Shown here: in pieces, positions 1 to 8,742 of the stretch
How positions within the stretch are numbered: the stretch's first letter is position 1
How the letters are laid out: every line of letters begins with the position of its first letter
Origin: Planctomycetota bacterium
GTDB lineage: Bacteria > Planctomycetota > B15-G4
DNA length: 35,450 bases
NCBI GenBank assembly: GCA_036229545.1
Contig: JAZALG010000105.1
Coordinates: forward strand, 1-35,450
Direction of reading: 5' to 3'
Program-made: the position numbers and the translations under genes
The notes under the pieces: generated by a model
Seen by the model: the letters and a program-made list of their open reading frames with translations, nothing else
The model's database searches: none
Told to the model about the DNA's origin: nothing

Positions 1-86
1 ACCATTTCGTACCCCAGCGGCTTGAGGAGCAGATCCAACTCCGCAAGTTTTCCAGAGTTTGTTGTCGCAACCAAGAGCCGTGTCAC
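1..86 (-). CDS. rdgB: dITP/XTP pyrophosphatase RdgB/HAM1 family, N-terminal fragment (gene runs off the window start)
   Basis: The reverse complement of 1..86 reads (GTG)M-TRLLVATTNSGKLAELDLLLKPLGYEMV, the typical ATxNxGKxxE N-terminus of RdgB. The GTG start overlaps the rph stop (GTGA). rph-rdgB is a common gene pair. Confidence 0.7.
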   Translation of the reverse strand, partial: MTRLLVATTNSGKLAELDLLLKPLGYEM

Positions 87-805
87 GGCTGGAGAGCGGC
101 CTCCTGGGCCGCGGCGATTTGAACGAGTGCCGACTGCCCCACGTCCAAGAGGGCGTTGAGTTGTTCCAAAGAGAAGGAACTGCGCTCTGCTCCGCCATTG
201 ATTTCGATCAGACGGCCGCTTCCCGTCATGACAAGGTTCATGTCGACTTCAGCAGAACTGTCTTCGTAGTAGTTGAGATCCGCCATGGTTGTGTCTTCTA
301 CGATGCCGACGCTGACGGCCTGCAGGCTTTCCGTCAGGGGCCACTGCTTGATACTTCCATCCTCCTTCAGCGCTGTGAAGGCATCATGGAGGGCGACGTA
401 GGCTCCGTTGATTGCCGTGGTTCGAGTCCCGCCATCAGCGGCGAGGACGTCGCAGTCGACCCATACCGTGCGTCCGGGGATGGCTTTGCGATTCACGATG
501 CACCGGAGAGCTCGCCCGACGAGTCGCTGGATTTCCACAGCACGGCCGTCGGGGCGGGAGCCCCGCCGACGTTGGTGGCGTGTCCCCGTGGAGGCCGGAA
601 TCATGTCGTACTCCGCTGTGACCCAGCCTTCTCCGGTATTTTGCAGGAAGTGAGGGACAGTGTTTTCAACGATGGCGGTGCAGAGGACTCGTGTTCCTCC
701 AAATTCTGCAAGGACGGAGCCTGGGACTTCGGGCAGCCAGTGCCGCGTGAATTGGATGGGACGCAAGGCATCCGGTGTACGGCCGTCGAGACGTTTGCTA
801 CTCAT
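83..805 (-). CDS. rph: Ribonuclease PH
   Basis: MSSKRLDGRTPDALRPI...GSVLAEFGGTRVLCTA...WVTAEYDMIPASTGTR...DCDVLAADGGTRTTAINGA is full-length RNase PH-like. I prefer the ATG at 805 over the upstream track start at 856. Confidence 0.93.
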   Translation of the reverse strand: MSSKRLDGRTPDALRPIQFTRHWLPEVPGSVLAEFGGTRVLCTAIVENTVPHFLQNTGEGWVTAEYDMIPASTGTRHQRRRGSRPDGRAVEIQRLVGRALRCIVNRKAIPGRTVWVDCDVLAADGGTRTTAINGAYVALHDAFTALKEDGSIKQWPLTESLQAVSVGIVEDTTMADLNYYEDSSAEVDMNLVMTGSGRLIEINGGAERSSFSLEQLNALLDVGQSALVQIAAAQEAALQP

Positions 806-865
806 GATGGGGCTTCTCCAACAGGGAGTATAGGAGGGGCGAGCGGGCCCGGGCAATTGGCGATC

Positions 866-1633
866 TCAGGCCTCAACCTGTAGCAGCCTGACGGCTTCTC
901 CTCGGTGCATGGCCCCGTCAATGATCGGGTCACCATCTCCGGTGATGTCTGTGATGATTCCAGAGATGGATTTCCCATCAATTTCCATGGTGACTCGCCG
1001 TCCGGTGAGCCATGAGGCCTCGCGATACTCCTCTCCTCGTTCGCGATCCTCCTCTGTTCCGCTCTCGGACAGGGCCCTGTCCATTTCGGCTACAAAAGCC
1101 GCCAGGAGAGCGTCTCGGTGGGCCTTGCCGCCTGAAAGTTCGGCGCTTCCCGCGATTTCTTTGAGGTCTTCGGGTAGAGAGGCACCGTCGAGGGTGAGGT
1201 TGATCCCGAGACCCAGAACGTGGCGGCGCTCGCCATTGGGGCAGACAGCGGTCTCCACGAGGATTCCTCCGATCTTCCGGTCACCTCGCATCAGGTCGTT
1301 GGGCCACTTGAGGCGCACGTCTTGAACGTCCAGGGAGCAAAGGGCGCGCCGCGCGGACACGGCCGCAAGGATGGAGAGTCGAGAGAGACGCGGGAGAGAG
1401 GAGGCGTCCAGGACCAGGGACATCGCGAGGGATTGATGGGGGAGGGTGTACCACGCTCTCCCCCGCCGGCCTCTTCCCTTTGTTTGTTCCTCTGTGACGA
1501 CAACGGCACCGTGGTTGAGGGTGCCCTTTTCGATCTGCGAGCGAGCCCATCGATTTGTGGAATCGATGGTCGCGTGGTGGAAAACCGGATGGCCAGGGAT
1601 GAGAGGGGGGGTGAGACTGTTGTCGGGGTTCAC
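866..1633 (-). CDS. birA: Biotin--[acetyl-CoA-carboxylase] ligase, class I (no N-terminal HTH)
   Basis: Carries the biotin protein ligase signature TEEQTKGRGRRGRAW and LKWPNDL....KIGGIL. GTG start at 1633. Confidence 0.88.
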   Translation of the reverse strand: MNPDNSLTPPLIPGHPVFHHATIDSTNRWARSQIEKGTLNHGAVVVTEEQTKGRGRRGRAWYTLPHQSLAMSLVLDASSLPRLSRLSILAAVSARRALCSLDVQDVRLKWPNDLMRGDRKIGGILVETAVCPNGERRHVLGLGINLTLDGASLPEDLKEIAGSAELSGGKAHRDALLAAFVAEMDRALSESGTEEDRERGEEYREASWLTGRRVTMEIDGKSISGIITDITGDGDPIIDGAMHRGEAVRLLQVEA

Positions 1634-1645
1634 GTCGATATCCTA

Positions 1646-1701
1646 CGTCTCCTCAAGGGGAGACGCGAGACGGGCCGCAGGGTGGGTGTGCCCCGCGGCC
1701 C
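1646..1701. other. Two adjacent GC-rich stem-loops in the spacer between the sigma-factor stop and the birA start
   Basis: Stem 1: CGTCTCC (1646-1652) pairs with GGAGACG (1659-1665). Stem 2: GGGCCGC (1672-1678) pairs with GCGGCCC (1695-1701), plus inner GGG/CCC pairs. A second GAGACG copy at 1667-1672 allows alternative pairing. No U-tract follows, so this is not a canonical intrinsic terminator. Confidence 0.3.
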
Positions 1702-1732
1702 GTGAGGGGATATCGATGGAGATGGTGAGGGG

Positions 1733-2716
1733 TTACATCATCAAGGCGTTCTTGGAGTTCTCGAGATGCACCTTTAGTTTGCGAATGACATTGCTGTGGA
1801 TCTGGCAGACCCGGGATTCGGTCAAGGTGAGCAACTCGCCGATCTTTTTCATGGTGAAGCCATCGCGGTAGTACATCAGCATGATCTGCTTCTCCCTCTG
1901 GTTCAGCGAGCGGATGATGCTCCGCATGACATCCTCTTGATTCATGAGGTCTGCCGGGTCGGGAGAACTTTGGTCCTTGACGAAACTGATCTTTTCGGCG
2001 GCCGTATCCCCTGATCCGTCGTCCCATGTTTCTGAGAGGGACCGGACAGAGTGGGGAGACGCCTCTTCGGAGATAGAGGAGTAGTCATCAAGAGAAAGCT
2101 TCATCTGCTTGGCCATCTCAGCATGGGTCGGCTCCCTGCCGTGACGCGCTTCGAGGGCTACACGAGCTCGTGTGAGTTGATGGGCACGGAGCCGGACGAG
2201 GCGTGGCACCCAGTCTTGGCTGCGCAGATCATCGAGGATGGCTCCACGAATACGAGTGCTGCAATAGGTCTTGAACTTGATGCCACGAGACAGGTCAAAG
2301 CCGTTGATGGCGTCCATCAGCCCGAAGATGCCAGCGCTCTTGAGGTCATCGACCTCCACGCTGTTGGGCAGGGTGACCGCAAGTCGTTCCGCAATGAAGT
2401 GCACCACGGGGAGGTACATTTCCATGAACTGGTTGCGAATTTCCGGGTTTCCGGTTTTCTGGTAGTCCCGCCAGAGCTGCTCGTTGGGGCCGCCGAGTTC
2501 GCCTCGAACTTTCTTGCCTGGTTTTGCTGAGGATCTTGAGGAAGTTGAAGATTTCTCTGAACTTCCGGTCATCCTGCTTTTCCCGCGACTTTCGGCTTTT
2601 TCCGCTTGGCGGGGGTGAGCGGTTTTCTTTGTCTTTGTCACTGCCCTTCTCCTTTGTCGTGCAACTGGCTGCCCGTTCCGCGGTGCGGGGTTGGGCCCTC
2701 TAGTTTTGCGTCCCAC
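1733..2716 (-). CDS. fliA: RNA polymerase sigma factor, FliA/WhiG (sigma-28) family, with a basic/Ser-rich N-terminal extension
   Basis: YLPVVHFIAERL, DDLKSAGIFGLMDAINGFD, FKTYCSTRIRGAILDDLRSQDWVPRLVR and the region 4 HTH LTLTESRVCQIHSNVIRKL. The start is uncertain: GTG at 2716 (327 aa) or ATG at 2572 (279 aa). Confidence 0.85.
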   Translation of the reverse strand: MGRKTRGPNPAPRNGQPVARQRRRAVTKTKKTAHPRQAEKAESRGKSRMTGSSEKSSTSSRSSAKPGKKVRGELGGPNEQLWRDYQKTGNPEIRNQFMEMYLPVVHFIAERLAVTLPNSVEVDDLKSAGIFGLMDAINGFDLSRGIKFKTYCSTRIRGAILDDLRSQDWVPRLVRLRAHQLTRARVALEARHGREPTHAEMAKQMKLSLDDYSSISEEASPHSVRSLSETWDDGSGDTAAEKISFVKDQSSPDPADLMNQEDVMRSIIRSLNQREKQIMLMYYRDGFTMKKIGELLTLTESRVCQIHSNVIRKLKVHLENSKNALMM

Positions 2717-2742
2717 CCTTTCGGATGGTTTGCCTTCTCCCC

Positions 2743-2765
2743 CCAGTCACCGGGCGGGTGACTGG
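2743..2765. other. Perfect 9-bp stem / 5-nt loop hairpin immediately upstream of the longest sigma-factor start
   Basis: CCAGTCACC (2743-2751), GGGCG loop, GGTGACTGG (2757-2765). No T-run on either strand. Function unknown. Confidence 0.25.
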
Positions 2766-3121
2766 AAAGATCCGACCGTTATGTCATCGGTGTAATCTGT
2801 ACAAACTGTATAAGTTAAAGAAGTGTTTTTTCATGTGCGATGTTTCGTGTGACGTATCGTCCAACATTAATCTAGCGCGCTCCCGGGCCAATACACCTCG
2901 ATGTCACAAGTTCGTCACATTTTTAACCCTGGTGTACATGCCTTAAAATTTCTGTTTCTCACCTCTAAAAGTTAAGAAACGGCTTAAAGCGTCGAATTTC
3001 GCTTCTTTACCGGTGGTTTTTGTACAAACGGCCGGAACAGGAGGTACGGACCACGAACGTGGGACGTTTTTACTGGGCGAAACTCACCTTCTCGCTTGGA
3101 AACAGGGCTCGAGGCCGCTTA

Positions 3122-3649
3122 TCAGCCGACGGGTGTTTCGACGGGCTCAGAGAGCTCGGTTTGGGCGAAATAGTTCTCAGCAAACTCAATGAACTGGTTT
3201 TCGGCAAATTTACCAAGGGTGGCAATGCCTCCGTCGTTCATCGCTGTTTCTTCGCGCACCGTTTCGAAATCGACGTCGCGTACTGTTTTGCGGCATTCGA
3301 TGGAGAAGGTCTGGGCTTCCATCTGTGGGTTCAGAAGGAGCATGATCCGTGAGAAGTAGCTGCGTGAGGAGCCTTCACTGTCGATGAGGGTTTCCTCAGT
3401 TTTGGTCGTGAGGCTGTAATACCCGTCAAAGAAGCCTCTTGAGAGGGAAAACTGGGGGGCTTCTTTGCAGAAGTTCTGGATGAGATCGTCGATCAAACTC
3501 TCGACGCGCTCCCGGTAGTTAAAAGTGGCAACCGTCTGGTCAGAATGGGCCATGTCTTCTTCGGTCCGTTCTTGCAGGTGCGTAGCAGTTCTTCGCGCGT
3601 TTTCTGCGCGAATCTTGCGCAACTTTTCTTTGAATATGCGGTTTGCCAT
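3122..3649 (-). CDS. Hypothetical protein, 175 aa, no recognisable domain
   Basis: Clean ORF with an ATG start (MANRIFKEKLRKIRAENARR...). It lies downstream of apt and borders the AT-rich spacer. I recognise no motif. Confidence 0.55.
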   Translation of the reverse strand: MANRIFKEKLRKIRAENARRTATHLQERTEEDMAHSDQTVATFNYRERVESLIDDLIQNFCKEAPQFSLSRGFFDGYYSLTTKTEETLIDSEGSSRSYFSRIMLLLNPQMEAQTFSIECRKTVRDVDFETVREETAMNDGGIATLGKFAENQFIEFAENYFAQTELSEPVETPVG

Positions 3650-3827
3650 TGTGCTAACTCGTGATTAGGGAGAAGTGTCGTGTCCTGCGTGTTTCTCTAT
3701 CGGCTGTCTGCCTATCTTTTATGAAGAGAAGAATAGTTCGTAACTTAGCGGGGGCAAGCGAATCGTCAGGATTCCCTTGGAAAAGACCAAAAATGAGGGC
3801 AACACGAACAACGAGCTTCTTCTAGCG

Positions 3828-4346
3828 CTAATTGAAGCGCAGGAGCGCCCGTACGCTTCGATCCCCCAACTTTTCCTTCCAGGGGAGAAAATCGAGTGCG
3901 ACCACGAAGGCCATGGCCGAGATGCTGGCACCCGTAGACTCCACAAGACGGCAGGTGGCCTCTGCCGTTCCGCCCGTTGCAATGAGGTCATCCACGATGA
4001 CAACAGTGTCATTGTCGGACAGGGCGTCGACATGCATCTCCACGGTGTCCGTGCCGTACTCCAGCTCATATTCCTGGCTCACGGTGTCGGCCGGGAGTTT
4101 GCCCGGCTTGCGGACTGGGATGAAGCCAACGCCCATTGACATCGCGAGGGCTGCGCCGAAGAGAAATCCTCGCGATTCGATGCCGACGATCTTGTCGCAG
4201 GAGACGTCGCTGATCGAACCTTGGAGTTGCTCGATGGAGGCGGCAAAGGCCTCGGGCGAGGACAGGAGTGGCGTGATGTCCTTGAAGACGATGCCGGGCT
4301 TGGGGAAGTCTGGAATGTCACGAATGAAGTCGTTGAGATCGACCAT
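3828..4346 (-). CDS. apt: Adenine phosphoribosyltransferase
   Basis: PRPP-binding motif VVIVDDLIATGGTAEA, DITPLL and the IVGIESRGF N-terminal region. Confidence 0.93.
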   Translation of the reverse strand: MVDLNDFIRDIPDFPKPGIVFKDITPLLSSPEAFAASIEQLQGSISDVSCDKIVGIESRGFLFGAALAMSMGVGFIPVRKPGKLPADTVSQEYELEYGTDTVEMHVDALSDNDTVVIVDDLIATGGTAEATCRLVESTGASISAMAFVVALDFLPWKEKLGDRSVRALLRFN

Positions 4347-4373
4347 GAAGATGCTCCCTTGTGTGGGGGGGGG

Positions 4374-6092
4374 TTACATGCGGTCAGGAATGGGAATGCC
4401 GAGCCAGCCTAGCCCATTGCACAGGGCTTGACGGGTGGCTGCGGCCAGGGACAGGCGGGCCTTCGTGAGGGTTTCATCATCGGAGAGAACCTTCCAGTCC
4501 CGACGAGAGTAAAGAGTGCTGAAGTGTGATGCGATCTTGAGCAGCTGATCAGCAAGATAACTCGGCTCACTGGAATCGACGGCGCGAGCCAAACTGGCTG
4601 GCAGGCCGTCGATGGCGAGGAGAAGGAGGGTCTCGTCCTCTCCGGAAAGTAGGGACCACTCTATCTCTCCACAGTACTCCTTGCCGTAGCGGGCGAGGAT
4701 GGAAGCAATACGGGCCGCGGTGTACTGGAGGTAGGGGCCGGTCTCTCCCTCGAAACTTAAGACAGCATCCCAATCAAAGACCACGTCCCGGGCCCGTCGG
4801 TTTTTGAGGTCGTTGAAGACCACGGCGCCGATGCTGATTTGCCGAGAGACTTCGTCCAGGTTGTCTGGCGCCACACGTCCCTTCTCCTCAACGCCCTTGG
4901 CGATGGTTTCGCGAGCAAGGTCAGCCGCTTTGTTGAGGACATCTTCCAAGTAAATGATGTCTCCCTTGCGGGTGCTCATCTTGCGATCCGTGAATCGCAT
5001 CATGCCGAAGGGGACATGCTCTACAGCCCCGTGCCACGCTCGCCCCATGCGCTCAAGGATTTTCTTCATCTGCTGGAAATGATGGGTTTGTGAAACGCCG
5101 ACGACGTAGAGGCAGCGGGGAAAGGTATAGGTTTGGTATCGATAGTCCGCGGCGGCGAGATCGCGGGTCAGATAAAGCGTTGACCCATCCTTTTTCCGCA
5201 GGAGTGCCGTCCCCAGGTCATCATCTTCGAGATCCACGACCGTGGCATCCTCGCTCTCGGTGAGCAGGCCTTTTGACTCCAATTCCTCAAGGACGGCGGG
5301 CATGAGTTCTTCGTAATAACTTTCCCCCTGAACCTCGTCGAAGTGAATGCCCAGCATCGCGTAGACCCGGTCAAACTCTGCGAGTGAGACTTTCCGGAAC
5401 TCCTCCCAAAGACGCCGGCATTCCCCGTCCCCTCCTTCCAGAGACTGGAATTTCACTCGGGCTCGCTCCTGAATCTCAGGGTCCTCTTCCAACCGTCGAT
5501 TGAACTCGACGTAGAGGTCGAGAAGAAAACTAATGCCCTCTTGCTGGAGGCGCACCTCGTCACCCAACTCCTCCCAGATGGCCAACAGTTGCCCAAATTG
5601 GGTTCCCCAATCGCCGATGTGGTTGATCCCCACGGGCTGATATCCACGCGCCGCCAGCATGCGGCACAGGGCATGGCCGATCACCGTGGAGCGAAGGTGG
5701 TGAATCCCAAAGGGCTTGGCGATGTTCGGGGAACTGAAGTCGACGGGGACTTTTTCTCCCCCTCCCGCATCCGAGGTTCCAAAGCATGGGCCCGCTGACA
5801 AGACGTCTGAGACGATGTCTCGGGCCGCGGTTTCGCCATTCACGAAGAGGTTGACGTAAGGGCCGGCAACGGCAACACGACCGAAATCTTCGGGAAGGGA
5901 AAGGCTCTGCTCCAAATGCGTCGCGGCCTCAGGAGGTGTCGTCCCTCTTGTCTTGGCCAGGTCAAAGCAGGGGAAGGCCAGATGTCCCATGGCCTTTCGA
6001 GGTGGAACGGTAATTTGATCGAGAACGTCTCCCTCGTCTTCGCCGAGGATCTCGGCGATGGCTTTCGCGAAGATGGGTGCGTAGCGGCTCAT
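4374..6092 (-). CDS. argS: Arginine--tRNA ligase
   Basis: Class I HIGH region SPNIAKPFGIHHLRSTVIG, KMSKS-like MSTRKG and an anticodon-binding C-terminus. 572 aa. Confidence 0.93.
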   Translation of the reverse strand: MSRYAPIFAKAIAEILGEDEGDVLDQITVPPRKAMGHLAFPCFDLAKTRGTTPPEAATHLEQSLSLPEDFGRVAVAGPYVNLFVNGETAARDIVSDVLSAGPCFGTSDAGGGEKVPVDFSSPNIAKPFGIHHLRSTVIGHALCRMLAARGYQPVGINHIGDWGTQFGQLLAIWEELGDEVRLQQEGISFLLDLYVEFNRRLEEDPEIQERARVKFQSLEGGDGECRRLWEEFRKVSLAEFDRVYAMLGIHFDEVQGESYYEELMPAVLEELESKGLLTESEDATVVDLEDDDLGTALLRKKDGSTLYLTRDLAAADYRYQTYTFPRCLYVVGVSQTHHFQQMKKILERMGRAWHGAVEHVPFGMMRFTDRKMSTRKGDIIYLEDVLNKAADLARETIAKGVEEKGRVAPDNLDEVSRQISIGAVVFNDLKNRRARDVVFDWDAVLSFEGETGPYLQYTAARIASILARYGKEYCGEIEWSLLSGEDETLLLLAIDGLPASLARAVDSSEPSYLADQLLKIASHFSTLYSRRDWKVLSDDETLTKARLSLAAATRQALCNGLGWLGIPIPDRM

Positions 6093-6204
6093 GGGTGGTG
6101 GCCGAACCGATTCTTGGAGGGTTCGAGGGAATGGTAGCGATTCCCGGACCCCGATGAATCATCCTGAGGTGTGAAGAAAAGACGACAGCCGCAGACGGGG
6201 GACC

Positions 6205-7251
6205 TCACGTTGTGTTCTTGATCTGGGGGCTTCTTGCAACGACCGCCTGGACGGCGGCGCTCTGCGCGTGTTCGACGACAGAGAAAATGCGATCGATCTG
6301 CGTCCCATCCAACTCCATCTTCCACGTCTCGGTGGCCGAGGTGGGGGGGCGCATGATGCTGTAATAAGAAGCATGGCTGGAACTTTTGCCCTTCAGCGTC
6401 TCAATGAAGTCGTCCGTCTGGGAATCCCAGGAAAGGTCGGCGTGGTCGAACAACCTTGGCAGTTCGGTACCGAGGTCCTCACACAATTGCTCATAGATGA
6501 CCTGGCAGTAGGCGTCATTCCCGTCCATGTCGAGGGCGACCTTGTCGTTGCAGAGCATCCAGGAGTAGGCGAGTTGCTCTTCAAGTGTGCGAGCCGCCAT
6601 GTCTTTGTAGTCGTATGGGTAGCGCGTTGCTTCGGGGAGTTGAAAGAGGCTCTCAAGATAGGTGTCGGGGGGCATCAGTTTCATGTCGGCTCCGCGGATT
6701 CGCGAAGCGACCACGCCGCAGGGATGGCGCATCAAGTGCATGAAGCGCAGCGACGGGACCGCGGCTGCGAACAGTGCGGTGCGGCAGAGTGAATTGACCG
6801 ACTTGATGACGTAGTAGCAGGAAGACCGATTCGTCCCTGACATGTCCGGCACTGTCAGGCCGAGGGGGGGGATGGACGACCTTTCCCAGGCCTTAGCGGC
6901 CAGTACGGCAAGCCTGTGGACCCACTCGGTGGCAGACGTGCGATAGTTTTTTGAGAAGGGGGGTTGGTGCCCAACGCTTTTTACTGCCCTCACCCGTTTC
7001 AACTCCTCGATGTATGTGGCCGCCTCGTCGAGATGATCTGAGATTTTCGAAACGTCAGGGAGATAGGGGATGTCGTTGTTCACATGGATGGAATCAGGTT
7101 CGTGGCGATAGACCACGTCGGGGTGACTGTCGAAGAGCTTCGCGAGCCACGTGGTGCCCGATCGGCCGCTCCCAAGGATCATCAGCATGGCGAGTGACGA
7201 TGGGCGTAGTACGGAGCAGGTGTTTCCTCGGTTTTGGCAAGCACGTTGCAC
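6205..7251 (-). CDS. PAPS-dependent sulfotransferase family protein
   Basis: 5'-phosphosulfate-binding loop ILGSGRSGTTWL and a 3'-phosphate-binding-like LMRHPCGVVAS. The track start is GTG 7251. ATG 7188 (MLMILGSGRSGTT) fits the family architecture better. Confidence 0.8.
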   Translation of the reverse strand: MQRACQNRGNTCSVLRPSSLAMLMILGSGRSGTTWLAKLFDSHPDVVYRHEPDSIHVNNDIPYLPDVSKISDHLDEAATYIEELKRVRAVKSVGHQPPFSKNYRTSATEWVHRLAVLAAKAWERSSIPPLGLTVPDMSGTNRSSCYYVIKSVNSLCRTALFAAAVPSLRFMHLMRHPCGVVASRIRGADMKLMPPDTYLESLFQLPEATRYPYDYKDMAARTLEEQLAYSWMLCNDKVALDMDGNDAYCQVIYEQLCEDLGTELPRLFDHADLSWDSQTDDFIETLKGKSSSHASYYSIMRPPTSATETWKMELDGTQIDRIFSVVEHAQSAAVQAVVARSPQIKNTT

Positions 7252-7305
7252 CTCCCGGGGTTCATCGGCGACGGGTTGGCCGTTTCTCAGACGGCTAGGG
7301 GGATG

Positions 7306-8742
7306 TTAGCGATTCCCCGGTCCCTGAGGGATGACGGGGGGGAGGCGGTCAAGGAATGGCTGGTTCTCCAGGCCCAGGGTGTGCCCGACATCTCGCCATC
7401 CGTCCAAGAGGATGCCTTCGATCTGGAAGTCTGCGTCGGCTCGATCCAGGCACGATTGAACGAATCGTCCCTGGGCGCTCTTTCCAAAGGCCATGTGGGA
7501 TGCCCCCCCGGCAAGGATCCACAGGGAGGGAGGTGAGGGGAGGTCTTCTCGCCAGAGATTCCATGTGAACAAGACGGAGTCCACCCAAGCGGCTCCCCCC
7601 TGGAGGGACGAAAACCCCTCGAGGGTGCCTGCGGGTTGAAGCCTTGGGCCGAGGATGTCGACGGCCTGGGGATCCTGCGCGAGTTGGCGATGGAGGGCTG
7701 TTGCGAAGGAGCCGATGGTGGCTAGACGTGCTCCGATACGGGTCTGGGGGCTTACGGCTCGGACTTCCTTCCGAACACGTCGATACAGGGCGTGCCATGC
7801 GTCGGGGCTGAGCCGGAGTCCGGCCTGATTCACGGCTTCTTCATCCGGCTCAGGGAAGGGAAGCAACACCGCAGGTTGGAATGTCGCAGCGAGGCGAACA
7901 GCGCCCTGAATGAAAACCTCCGTCGCCAGATCCGATTCTGGCTGTTGCCATGCCCAATGGTCTGGGGCCCGCAGCGACAGGACGAGGGGGCGATTGGGGT
8001 GGGGCAATCCCTCGCCGTCGTGGCTTGCTGGACGGATCCAGGCCGTGACGTTGCCCGGGGGAGAAGCATGCGGGTCGCGGGTGAAGACGCCGACCGACAG
8101 ATCAGAGCGAAGGGGGGAAGAAAGGGATCCGTTGTCCCTGAAAAAGGAGGCGATGATCTGGTCAGAGGGCCCCTTGAAGGTAGCCAGGGTGAGAACGACA
8201 AAGGCGCAGACCGCCGGGACGGTAAGGGCGATGGCCATGCGGGTGAGAGACGTGGGGGATTGCCGGGGACAGAAGGCGGGTAAATGCCAGGAGAGGGTCG
8301 AGAGGTACGTCAGTCGTGATCCCCCGAGGAGAACTTGAAGGATGCTGTAGTCGTACAGGAGGCTGGCTTCGGACGGGGTGACAGGATTTCCAGTCAAAGC
8401 CCAGGCTCCGACTCCGGTGCAGAGCCCCAGACCCACATTGTGAAGCAGGATGGGGATGTCGGTCAGGCGGATTCCTCTGGAGGAGATCGCAGAGATGTTC
8501 TGGGCGATGCCTCCGGCGAAAAGGAGGGGAAAAGCCCAGGCGAGGAGTGGAGAAAAGAGCCAAGAGGCCTCAAAGGGAAAGAGGCGGTCGCGAAGAAGGA
8601 CGATGAAGAGAAGCACAGCGAGGGGGAGGAGCCATCTTCTTTCCCAGGGTGTAGCCCCCTGTTCTTTTCGCGAGGCGTTGAAGTTCCACGCGAGGAGGAG
8701 GGCTGTCCAGGCGAGAAACACGCCGTGGATGGAGAGGATCAC
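7306..8742 (-). CDS. Polytopic membrane protein (about 6 N-terminal TM helices) with a roughly 280-aa C-terminal domain of unknown function
   Basis: Hydrophobic segments span aa 1-195, followed by a soluble domain with no motif I recognise. The GTG start overlaps the NUDIX stop (GTGA). Confidence 0.65.
   Translation of the reverse strand: MILSIHGVFLAWTALLLAWNFNASRKEQGATPWERRWLLPLAVLLFIVLLRDRLFPFEASWLFSPLLAWAFPLLFAGGIAQNISAISSRGIRLTDIPILLHNVGLGLCTGVGAWALTGNPVTPSEASLLYDYSILQVLLGGSRLTYLSTLSWHLPAFCPRQSPTSLTRMAIALTVPAVCAFVVLTLATFKGPSDQIIASFFRDNGSLSSPLRSDLSVGVFTRDPHASPPGNVTAWIRPASHDGEGLPHPNRPLVLSLRAPDHWAWQQPESDLATEVFIQGAVRLAATFQPAVLLPFPEPDEEAVNQAGLRLSPDAWHALYRRVRKEVRAVSPQTRIGARLATIGSFATALHRQLAQDPQAVDILGPRLQPAGTLEGFSSLQGGAAWVDSVLFTWNLWREDLPSPPSLWILAGGASHMAFGKSAQGRFVQSCLDRADADFQIEGILLDGWRDVGHTLGLENQPFLDRLPPVIPQGPGNR

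Noticed and set aside
59-883. Long antisense ORFs that mirror real genes: 59-883(+) opposite rph, 9164-9907(-) opposite the pyrK-like gene, 10333-11337(-) opposite thiolase, 12130-13257(-) opposite the acyl-CoA dehydrogenase, and 34154-34852(+) opposite ygfZ.
   Set aside because: These are typical stop-codon-poor shadow frames of high-GC coding DNA. Their translations are Arg/Pro/Gly-rich and low-complexity with no motifs, and each fully overlaps a gene with strong family signatures.
2725-2946. A Cys-rich 73-aa ORF in the AT-rich spacer (…CHRCNLYKLYKLKKCFFMCDVSCDV…).
   Set aside because: It has no Shine-Dalgarno sequence, its composition simply reflects AT-rich DNA, and it has no recognisable fold. 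It is more likely non-coding regulatory DNA.
4365-4373. Homopolymer tracts: G9 between argS and apt (4365-4373), C9 upstream of thiolase (10129-10137), and G7-G8 runs inside several genes (for example 6866-6873 and about 19796-19803). These are possible phase-variation sites.
   Set aside because: Such runs are common in high-GC genomes, where Gly/Pro codons are frequent. The two longest are intergenic and do not separate promoter elements in any way I can identify. A single sequence gives no evidence of length polymorphism.
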